Shown here: positions 46,021 to 53,412 of the stretch, piece after piece
Position numbering within the stretch: position 1 is the stretch's first letter
Layout of the letters: each line of letters opens with the position of its first letter
Origin: an uncultured delta proteobacterium
Lineage (GTDB): Bacteria; Myxococcota_A; Polyangia; Palsa-1104
Length of the DNA: 64,000 bases
Assembly: GCA_963785725.1 (NCBI GenBank)
Contig: CAWAWS010000016.1
Span: 224,001-288,000, forward strand
Reading direction: 5' to 3'
Notes under the pieces: generated by a model
Databases searched by the model: none
What the model was told of the DNA's origin: nothing
Seen by the model: only the letters and a program-made list of their open reading frames with translations
Translations under genes and position numbers: made by a program

Positions 46021-46457
46021 TCCTTTGTTGGATCGCGACCGCGGGTGGGAGGCAGGCCGGCGCGCGCCACGCCCGTCAGGACCGCGACGAGGCAAGCGGC
46101 CAATCCCGCGCCCAGCCCGAGCGAGCGGTAGACATCGCCCGAAGTCGCGCCGAAGAAGAGGCCGGCGTAGACGATGAGGACGCCGGTCGGCAAGAGCATG
46201 CGGATCGGCGTGAACAGTCGCGTGCGCCGCGGCTCGGGGCGCACGACGGCGAGCACGGTGAAGACGAGGTAGAGCGCGGCCGCGACCAGCGTCGCTTCGA
46301 CGAGCGCGTGCAGCGGCGAGACCGCGCGCACGCCGTCGGCGCCCCACTGCAGCGTCACGGCATGCGGCCAATGCGCGCGCGTCAGCCAGGCGCCGCCGTA
46401 AAACAGCGCCAGCGCGCTCGCGGGGACGATGATCGCCGGCGACGACGCGGTCCTCAC
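46017..46457 (-). CDS. Small 4-TM membrane protein, DUF1648/SdpI-like (candidate immunity)
   Basis: GTG 46457 overlaps the upstream stop and its stop overlaps the next ATG; WPHAVTLQWGADG resembles the DUF1648 LP..VP.HW...G motif. Confidence 0.6.
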   Translation of the reverse strand: MRTASSPAIIVPASALALFYGGAWLTRAHWPHAVTLQWGADGVRAVSPLHALVEATLVAAALYLVFTVLAVVRPEPRRTRLFTPIRMLLPTGVLIVYAGLFFGATSGDVYRSLGLGAGLAACLVAVLTGVARAGLPPTRGRDPTKE

Positions 46458-47977
46458 GGCCGCACCGTAGCCACGATCGCGTCGACGAGCGCGGGCGCGA
46501 TCGGCAGCTGCGGATCGCGGTAGCTCGCCTGCGGCGACGACGTCGACGGATCGACCTTGAGCGCGTGGCTGACGCCGGCGAGGATGGTCAATTCGACGCC
46601 GGGACGCGCCGCCGCCAGCAGCCGCGCGTCGCCGACCGTGACCTGCAGATCGTGGTCGCCTTGGATGACGCGCGTCGGCAAGGTCAGCCGCTTCTGCAGC
46701 GCGAGGGGATCGGCGAACAGCCAGCCTTGACGAAAGCGAAACATCGCGCGCGTAAAGAGCGCCGCCAGCGCCGGATCTTGCGGCGCGACGAAGCGGCCGG
46801 CGCGCTCGCCGGCGACGAGGCGGTCGTACTCCTGCAAGGTCGTCGCCGAGGCCAGCGCGGCCAGCTGCTCGCGCAGGAGCGTCGCTACCGGACGTCCGCT
46901 CGTCGACAGCAGCACGAGGCCGTCGAGCGGCAGGTGCTGCGCCAGCATGAGCGCGATGAGGCCGCCTTCGGAGTGGCCGCAGACGTAGAGCTTGGAGACG
47001 GCCGGATCTTTGCGCGCGAAGGCGACGACGGCGGCCGCGTCCTGCACGAAGTCGTCGAAAGAGACGGCCTCGAGGTCGCGCGGCCAATCGCTGGCGCCGA
47101 CGCCGCGCTTGTCGTAGCGCAGGCTGGCGATGCCGCGCGCTGCCAACGCCTCGGCCAGCAGACGATAGCTGGCGGACGTGACGCCGAGCGTGCTGTTGCC
47201 GTCGCGATCGGTCGGGCCCGAGCCGGCGACGAGGACGACGGTGGGAAACGGGCCCGCCCCTTCCGGTCGACGGATGGCGCCGCGCACGGTGACATCGGCG
47301 CGCTCGACCGCGAACGGCGCCTCGCTTGCCGGCGACGGCGACGCCGGCTGCGCCGACTGCCGCACGCTCACCTGCCGGTCGACCGCGTGCGCGACGAGGC
47401 CTTGGCTGGGCACGCCGCCGGCCACGACGACGCCCGCCGCCGACAAATCGACCGCGACGGTCACCGCGCCGATGACGACCGCGACGTGGCGACCGCCGTC
47501 GGGCCGCGCCGTCACCTGGATCGTGCCCGGCACGACGACCGCCCGCGACGGCACCAGCACCTGCACCGGCGTCGGCGTCGCGGCAGCGGCGAAGTCGTCG
47601 GCGGCGACGAGATAGGCGCCCCAGTGAAAATTCTCGAGCGCGAGCCCGCCGGCCGGGATGTCGCGCTCGAGCCGCTCGCCGCCCTGCTCCAGCGTCACCC
47701 GGCGATGATCACGATCGATGCGAATGGTGACGTCGCCGCTGCCTTCGAAGCGCAGCTGGCTGGTCACGACATGGCCATCGTCGCTGAACTCTTCGCGCCC
47801 GATCTCGCGGTCGCCGATCGTCGTCGCCAGCGCGCCCTGGCGCAGCGGCCGCGCCGGCGCGACGGGCGCGGGCCGAACGACCACCGGGCCCGCGACCGGC
47901 GTCTGCGCGCGCGGCCCGGCGCAGCCGAACCCGACCAGCGCAAACAAGAGCGTCCATTGCGGCGGCTTCTTCATCAT
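46454..47977 (-). CDS. Lipoprotein alpha/beta-hydrolase (serine peptidase/esterase)
   Basis: Lipobox VGFGC; AGSGPTDRDGN, RYDKRGVG, GHSEG nucleophile, QGDHD, VSH. Confidence 0.88.
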   Translation of the reverse strand: MMKKPPQWTLLFALVGFGCAGPRAQTPVAGPVVVRPAPVAPARPLRQGALATTIGDREIGREEFSDDGHVVTSQLRFEGSGDVTIRIDRDHRRVTLEQGGERLERDIPAGGLALENFHWGAYLVAADDFAAAATPTPVQVLVPSRAVVVPGTIQVTARPDGGRHVAVVIGAVTVAVDLSAAGVVVAGGVPSQGLVAHAVDRQVSVRQSAQPASPSPASEAPFAVERADVTVRGAIRRPEGAGPFPTVVLVAGSGPTDRDGNSTLGVTSASYRLLAEALAARGIASLRYDKRGVGASDWPRDLEAVSFDDFVQDAAAVVAFARKDPAVSKLYVCGHSEGGLIALMLAQHLPLDGLVLLSTSGRPVATLLREQLAALASATTLQEYDRLVAGERAGRFVAPQDPALAALFTRAMFRFRQGWLFADPLALQKRLTLPTRVIQGDHDLQVTVGDARLLAAARPGVELTILAGVSHALKVDPSTSSPQASYRDPQLPIAPALVDAIVATVRP

Positions 47978-48019
47978 GGCCTCGTCATACCGCGACTGCG
48001 GCGGGCGCAACAACGGCGC

Positions 48020-48982
48020 TCACGCCGCGTGCTCGGCCGCGACCGGCGCGACCACCAGCGCCAGCTGCGGCGCCGGCCCGCGCCGCGACAGCCGCATGCG
48101 CAGCGCGTCGATCCAGGCGAACGGCTCGTCGACCGGCTGCAGAAAGAGGATGAGCGCCGCCGACATCGAGCCGAAGAAGCTGACGAGACCGTGGATGAAG
48201 ATGATGGCGGCGTGGAAGGCCAGCCCCAGCGGCAACAGCCGACGCCGCCAACGCCGCTCCATGAACAGCGCGCCGAACAGCACGACCTCGAGCAGCAGCG
48301 TGCCCCACGTCAAGGCCACGACGCCCGCCGACTTCGACAGGATCGGCATCGCCCAGCGCTCCAGCGTCGGCGACAGACCGATGGTGGAGTTGGTGAACCA
48401 GTAGTAGCAAGCGGTGCCGTCGCGCCACTCTTTGACGCCGAGCTTGGCGGTGCTGGCGTGGAAGTAGATGCCGGCCACCTGCAGGCGGACCGTCCACAGC
48501 ATGAGGCGGCTCACGAACGCCGCCAGCTGCGCGCCGACGCCGGGGCCGATCGCCGGCGGCGCATCCCAGTGCCAGCGGCGGCCGTCGGTGAGCGTGACGG
48601 GCACGAGCAGCAGCGCCAACACCGCCGCGATCTGATCGCCGCCGTCGATGACGATGCACGACGTGGCGAAGCTGGCGGCCACGTACCAATGCAGGATGCC
48701 GGTGAAGCGCGGCCGCCAGCCCGACACGACGAGCGCCAGCACGGCAATCGCGATCGCGCGCGCCAGCCCGAGGTGCGCCGGCGCGAGGAGGCCGAACAGG
48801 CTCAGCCGCACCGGCAAAAAGTCGCCCGCCGCGTCGAGCATCGTCTGATTCGCGGGCCGAAACAGCATATCCGACGAGTTGACGATCAGCGTCAGCAGCG
48901 TGCCCGACGCGACGACGGAGCGCGCCAGCCCGACGACGTTGGTCCAAACCGGGCGTTCAGTCGTGTGCTCGATCGATTTCAT
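48020..48982 (-). CDS. sdpB: SdpB-family peptide maturation membrane protein
   Basis: PVWTNVVGLARS, SGWRPRFTGILHWY, DGGDQ, TDGRRWHW, QVAGIYFHAS.AK..EW.DGTA.YY, FHAAI..HGL.SF. Alternative start at 48994. Confidence 0.9.
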   Translation of the reverse strand: MKSIEHTTERPVWTNVVGLARSVVASGTLLTLIVNSSDMLFRPANQTMLDAAGDFLPVRLSLFGLLAPAHLGLARAIAIAVLALVVSGWRPRFTGILHWYVAASFATSCIVIDGGDQIAAVLALLLVPVTLTDGRRWHWDAPPAIGPGVGAQLAAFVSRLMLWTVRLQVAGIYFHASTAKLGVKEWRDGTACYYWFTNSTIGLSPTLERWAMPILSKSAGVVALTWGTLLLEVVLFGALFMERRWRRRLLPLGLAFHAAIIFIHGLVSFFGSMSAALILFLQPVDEPFAWIDALRMRLSRRGPAPQLALVVAPVAAEHAA

Positions 48983-48990
48983 CGTGTCCC

Positions 48991-49530
48991 TCATTTCCAG
49001 ATGACGTTGAGCTTGACGACGTCCGACGGCATGTAGACCCGATCGCGCGCCGCGCTCCAGGCCCACGGCACCGGCTGCGCCGAGGCAATGACCACTTCGC
49101 CCGCCAGCGAGCGCACGAGCATCGGGTTGACGACGCGCGCCACCGGCAGCTTGGGATTGGCCAGGCAGGCGTCGAGGCTGCCCTCGCATTTGAAGTGCTT
49201 GGACGCGGGCACGAGGCTCATCAGCTTCTCGATCTCGGCGCCCTCGACGCGGTCGTTGCGCTTGAGGCCGAGCCAGACCCGCGACTGCGCTTGGCTGTGC
49301 CGCACCCAATGGCCGTTCTCGCGCAGGTAGACCGACTTGCTCGACTCGCGCGGGTCGCGCGTGAAGAAGGCCCAGCCCTCGGGCAAGATCGAGACGAGGC
49401 GCGTTCGCGTCGCGACGCCGGCGGACAGCGGCATCTCCGTGATCGAGCCGCAGGCGACGAAGACGATCAGCGCCACCCAAACGGCGACGATCGCGCCTTT
49501 CATGACGAGCAAGAGACTACGAGCGCTCAT
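48991..49530 (-). CDS. sdpA: SdpA-family peptide maturation protein
   Basis: N-terminal TM, LPEGWAFFTRDPRE, GLKR..R..G.E, PVPWAW; GGAGG RBS. Confidence 0.9.
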   Translation of the reverse strand: MSARSLLLVMKGAIVAVWVALIVFVACGSITEMPLSAGVATRTRLVSILPEGWAFFTRDPRESSKSVYLRENGHWVRHSQAQSRVWLGLKRNDRVEGAEIEKLMSLVPASKHFKCEGSLDACLANPKLPVARVVNPMLVRSLAGEVVIASAQPVPWAWSAARDRVYMPSDVVKLNVIWK

Positions 49531-49620
49531 GGTGCTTCTCCTCCGTGAAAACCGTGGCCAAACTGCCGCCTCCATCCGCGCCGGCCGGCGGCGACCGCGC
49601 GCGGATGGAGGCGCTTCGAG

Positions 49621-50436
49621 CTACTTCGCCAAGTGCACGGCGATGGCGTCGACGAACTGGTCGTGCGACACGCCCGCCGCCCCGTTCACCGCCCGACTGG
49701 AGGTGGCGATGTGCAGGTAAAAGATCGGCGGATACACCGGGATCACGACGGCAACGAAGATCGGCTGGACGATGATCGGATCGACGACGATCGGCGCCGG
49801 CGGTGCCGGCGGAGTGCCGCCGGTATCGCCGCTGTCGGCGCCACCGCTGTCGCCGCTGTCGGCGCCGCCGCTGTCGCCGCTGTCGGCGCCACCTTCGTCT
49901 CCAGCGCCGTCGTCACCGCCGCCGCCGCCGTCCTCGACGCACGTCGCGCAATAGTCGTCGGCGTGCACGCCCGCGCCCTTGTGCGCCTGCGCCGCCCGCT
50001 TCTGCAGCTTGCGCGCCGAGGCCTGCGCCAGCTTGCCCGCCGCGTCGAGCGACCGCTCGATGCGCAGGCGATCCCCGCTCTCCATGTCGGCCTTGAAGTC
50101 CGCGAAGAACGCCGGCTGCTGCGCGCGCATCTGACGCACCAGCCCCATGAGCTGCGTCTTGGCCTTGGCCAGCTGCTGCGCGTCCGGAACCGCGTGCTCG
50201 AGCTTCTGCGCGCTACCGATCTCGGGCAGCGCGTCGGCCACGCGGCCGCTACCGAACGCGATGCCGAGAAAGAGCTCTTCGCCCGTGTAATCCGGCCGCG
50301 CCGTCGCCGGCTGTGCCGCCGTCGCCGCCGCCTGCTGCGCGACGACCGTGCTCTCGGAGCCGCCCGGCGCCACGCCGCAACCGAGCGCGAACGACAGCGC
50401 CAGCGCGCCGAAGGTCCATTTATAGCTTCTCTTCAT
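49621..50436 (-). CDS. sdpC: SdpC-family precursor 2 (lipoprotein, 271 aa)
   Basis: Lipobox ALGC; YTGEELFLGIAFGSGRVADALPEI; PAFFADFKADMESGD; C-terminal DQFVDAIAVHL. Confidence 0.85.
   Translation of the reverse strand: MKRSYKWTFGALALSFALGCGVAPGGSESTVVAQQAAATAAQPATARPDYTGEELFLGIAFGSGRVADALPEIGSAQKLEHAVPDAQQLAKAKTQLMGLVRQMRAQQPAFFADFKADMESGDRLRIERSLDAAGKLAQASARKLQKRAAQAHKGAGVHADDYCATCVEDGGGGGDDGAGDEGGADSGDSGGADSGDSGGADSGDTGGTPPAPPAPIVVDPIIVQPIFVAVVIPVYPPIFYLHIATSSRAVNGAAGVSHDQFVDAIAVHLAK
49822..49893 (-). repeat. 3 x 24-bp in-frame tandem repeat encoding GGADSGD(S/T)
   Basis: Units at 49822-49845, 49846-49869 and 49870-49893, differing at only a few positions. Confidence 0.9.
49924..49971 (-). 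repeat. 48-bp perfect repeat, copy in precursor 2 (second copy 50792-50839)
   Basis: gccgccgtcctcgacgcacgtcgcgcaatagtcgtcggcgtgcacgcc occurs identically at both positions. Confidence 0.95.
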
Positions 50437-50440
50437 TGAC

Positions 50441-51400
50441 TCAGTTCCCCTGATTCTGGTTAGCGACGAGGTGCACCGCGATCGAGTGGACGAGCTGCTC
50501 CTGGATGAGCGACGACTCGGGGACGCCGTTCTTGTAGGCCGGCAGCGCCACCACCGCCGCCAGCGCCGCCGCGACCACCGACGCGACCGAGATGTTGTGC
50601 ACGAGCGCGATGTGGACCGCGGCCGCGACCGCCACCCACAGCACGACCGCCGCCGACTTGTAGATGAGCGACAGGCCAGCCACCGGGCCGGTGCCATCGT
50701 CGCCGCCGCCGCCGTCGTCGGCCGTGCCGTCGTCGCCGCCGTCGTCGGCGCTGCCGTCATCGGCGCCGCCACCGTCGTCGCTGCCGCCGCTGCCGCCGTC
50801 CTCGACGCACGTCGCGCAATAGTCGTCGGCGTGCACGCCGCCTTTGCCGTGCATCGCGACGAGGTGCTCCTGCGTCTTCGACTTCAGCTCGGCGAAGGTC
50901 TGCGGCTCCTTGCCGTCCAAGCCCAGCTCCGCCGGCGACATCTTGGCCAGCCGCGCCTTGGCCGCCTTCGTCCCCGGCAGCCCGTCGACCGCCGCCTGCG
51001 TCACCAGGCCGGCGTCCCACAGGCCCTTTTGGATGACCAGGTGATCGCCGCTCTCCATCTGCGCCTTGAACGCGTCGAAGAACTCCGGCTTGGAGCTGCG
51101 CACGAGCGCCACGATCTTGTCCTCGGCGCGCCGCACGGTCGCCAGCGTCTTCGGCGAGGTCTGGAAGTTCTCCAGCTTCAGGTTGTCGCGAATCTCGGGG
51201 ATCGCGTCAGCCACCGGGCCGTGCAAGAGCATGATGCCGCGATAGAGCTGCTCGCCGGTATAACCCGACGTCGCCGCCGTCGTCGCTGCCGCCGCCGTGG
51301 GCGCGACCGCTGCTGACCCGGAGCCGGGCTGTCCCACGCATCCGACCATGACGACCGCCAAGATGGGCGCCGTCAGTGCTGCTACTTTCCAATGTTCCAT
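50441..51400 (-). CDS. sdpC: SdpC-family precursor 1 (lipoprotein, 319 aa)
   Basis: GGAGG RBS; lipobox MVGC; YTGEQLYRGIMLLHGPVADAIPEI; PEFFDAFKAQMESGD; long Ala/Val core; C-terminal SSLIQEQLVHSIAVHL. Confidence 0.88.
   Translation of the reverse strand: MEHWKVAALTAPILAVVMVGCVGQPGSGSAAVAPTAAAATTAATSGYTGEQLYRGIMLLHGPVADAIPEIRDNLKLENFQTSPKTLATVRRAEDKIVALVRSSKPEFFDAFKAQMESGDHLVIQKGLWDAGLVTQAAVDGLPGTKAAKARLAKMSPAELGLDGKEPQTFAELKSKTQEHLVAMHGKGGVHADDYCATCVEDGGSGGSDDGGGADDGSADDGGDDGTADDGGGGDDGTGPVAGLSLIYKSAAVVLWVAVAAAVHIALVHNISVASVVAAALAAVVALPAYKNGVPESSLIQEQLVHSIAVHLVANQNQGN
50792..50839 (-). repeat. 48-bp perfect repeat, copy in precursor 1
   Basis: Identical to 49924-49971; encodes GVHADDYCATCVEDGG. 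Confidence 0.95.
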
Positions 51401-51462
51401 TCGTCCGTCCTCCGCTTTGCGTTGCGCGCGCGGCTGCATTCGCCGCGAGCGTGCGACCGCAC

Positions 51463-51478
51463 TTCAACCGCCGTGCCA
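51463..51478 (-). promoter_or_regulatory. Putative sigma54 promoter of the sdp-like operon
   Basis: Minus strand TGGCAC-GGCGG-TTGAA (perfect -24; -12 is GA instead of GC), about 60 nt upstream of ATG 51400. Confidence 0.55.
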
Positions 51479-51714
51479 CGACGCGTTTACCGTCGCTGAC
51501 AGCGGCCGAGCAGCGCATACGCGCGGGTCCACGTGCGCAAGATCACACGCGCTGCCGCCGCGGCTCGAGCAGGTCCGATTCGTCGACGGGAATGGCCGCA
51601 GAGACGCGGCGCGGATGGGGCGACGGCGAACGAAGACCCACCGTCCCATGAGACTGTCGCGGGACTGTCCCGCGTCAGCGGTCGCGCGCGCCCCGGACGA
51701 TCACGCTGAAGCGA

Positions 51715-52587
51715 CTAGAGCGCGCGCAGCAGCCGCTCGAGCTCGACGCGCATCGCGGCCGGCGACTGCGCGTGGAAGCGGCGGCCATGGCCGGGCAAGA
51801 TCGTGTGGAACGAATACTGAAGTAACCGCTTCAGTGATTGCAGCTGCTCCGTCCACGAGTACCAGCAGACGTCGCGGCCGGCGTCGAGACGGCCGAGCTC
51901 GTCGTCCCACCAGACGTGGTCGCCGGTGAAGAGCACGCCGTCGTGCAGGAGCGCCAGCGAGCCGCGCGTGTGGCCGGGCACGGGAATGAGCAGCAGATCG
52001 TCGGCGAGCGCGATGGGATCGGCGCCGTCGACGCGCTGCTCGATGGCGAGCCGGCCGGCATCGGCGGCGTGCATGACGCGCGTACAGCCGAAGCGGCGCG
52101 CCAGCTGCTCGTGGTCGGCGACGTCGTCGCGATGGGTGAGCACCAGCTGCGCGACGCCGCCGAGCGCCGCCAGTCGCGCCATGAGCGGACGCGCGGCGCG
52201 CGGCGAATCGACGAGCACATTGCCGCGCGCGCGGACGATGAGGTACGAGGCGGCGCCGTAGGAGTCGGCGCTGTGGTAGCCGCAGTAGTAGATGTCGCCG
52301 TCGCCGATGCGCTCGGGAAAGCGGGCGGCGGCGGCGCGCGCGGCGCCGGCTTTGGCCAGCGGCTGCGCGCCGATGCTGGCCGTCGGGCAGGCGACGAGCG
52401 CCATGAGCGCGCGCTCGGTGGCGGCGGCGTCGCCGTCGTCGGGCTGCGCGGCGACGATGGATTGGTCACCCGCGCGCGCGAAGACCTGCGGCGCCAGCTG
52501 GCGGCAGGCGTCGCAGTCGATGCAGCTGTCGTCGACGAAGAAGCGGCCGGGCGCATTGCCAAAGAGCCGATGAGCGACGCGCGCCAT
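51715..52587 (-). CDS. Ferredoxin-fused metallo-beta-lactamase-fold protein
   Basis: CIDCDAC...CP N-terminus; LTHRDDVADH, PGHTRGS, FTGDH, LPGHG. Confidence 0.88.
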   Translation of the reverse strand: MARVAHRLFGNAPGRFFVDDSCIDCDACRQLAPQVFARAGDQSIVAAQPDDGDAAATERALMALVACPTASIGAQPLAKAGAARAAAARFPERIGDGDIYYCGYHSADSYGAASYLIVRARGNVLVDSPRAARPLMARLAALGGVAQLVLTHRDDVADHEQLARRFGCTRVMHAADAGRLAIEQRVDGADPIALADDLLLIPVPGHTRGSLALLHDGVLFTGDHVWWDDELGRLDAGRDVCWYSWTEQLQSLKRLLQYSFHTILPGHGRRFHAQSPAAMRVELERLLRAL

Positions 52588-52635
52588 CTCCCGAATGTAG
52601 CGCCGGGCTACGCGTTGCGCACGTCGAACGAGCCG

Positions 52636-53412
52636 CTACTTCTCGACCACCGTCCCATGGGCGCGCTTGACCAAGGTGTCGACGATGTAGCTCGCCACCT
52701 GCGACGGCTTCGTCCCGGGACCGAACCCCGCGTCGTAGCCGAGCTCGCGCGCCAGCTTGTGGTCGATGCGCGGCCCGCCGAGCAGGAAGATGAGATCGCG
52801 CATGCCGTTCTTGCGCGCCAGCTCGATCAGCTGCTGCGAGTTCTCGATGTGCAGATCGCGCTGCGTCATGATCTGCGACACCAGCACCGCATCCGCGTTC
52901 AGCTCTTTGGCGCGCGCCAACAGGGCCGCGTTGTCGACCTGCGCGCCCAAGTTGTAGGCGTCCATCCACGGATAGGCCTCGAGGCCCTTGTCGCCGGCAT
53001 AGCCCTTCATGTTCAAGATGGCGTCGATGCCGACGGTGTGCGCGTCCGAGCCGGTGCAGGCGCCGACGACGACGACCTTGCGATGCAGCTCCTCGTGGAT
53101 GAGATGGTTGATCTCTTTGAAGCCCCACGCAGGCACCGTCACCTCCGGCACCTCGATCTCGCTGTAGTCGAGCTGCACGTCGGCGTTGGCGTAGACGACG
53201 AAGAAGCTGAAGCTGGCGCCGGCCTGCTCCATCGTCGCCACCAGCACGTTCTTCAGGCCCAACTCGACGGCGAAGCGGCGCGCGGCCTCTTTGGCGCGGC
53301 CCGACGGCGGCACCGGCAAGGTGAAGCTCAGCTGGATGCGGCCGTCGTCTTTGCGGTCGCCGTAGGCGCGGATCATCTCCGGCGGACGCTTGTGCGGCGC
53401 GGTGTCAGACAT
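52636..53412 (-). CDS. kamE: Lysine 5,6-aminomutase beta subunit (cobalamin-binding)
   Basis: YGDRKDDGRIQLSFTLP dimerisation domain; SDAHTVGIDAILNMKG (DxHxxG and PLP Lys). Confidence 0.93.
   Translation of the reverse strand: MSDTAPHKRPPEMIRAYGDRKDDGRIQLSFTLPVPPSGRAKEAARRFAVELGLKNVLVATMEQAGASFSFFVVYANADVQLDYSEIEVPEVTVPAWGFKEINHLIHEELHRKVVVVGACTGSDAHTVGIDAILNMKGYAGDKGLEAYPWMDAYNLGAQVDNAALLARAKELNADAVLVSQIMTQRDLHIENSQQLIELARKNGMRDLIFLLGGPRIDHKLARELGYDAGFGPGTKPSQVASYIVDTLVKRAHGTVVEK

Noticed and set aside
50437..50772. N-terminal extension of ORF 49621..50772
   Set aside because: It overlaps precursor 1 in another frame; the real start is ATG 50436, followed by a lipoprotein signal.
49822..50839. 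Repeats as a possible CRISPR array or mobile-element ends
   Set aside because: They are in-frame coding repeats without unique spacers; no cas or transposase genes are in the window.
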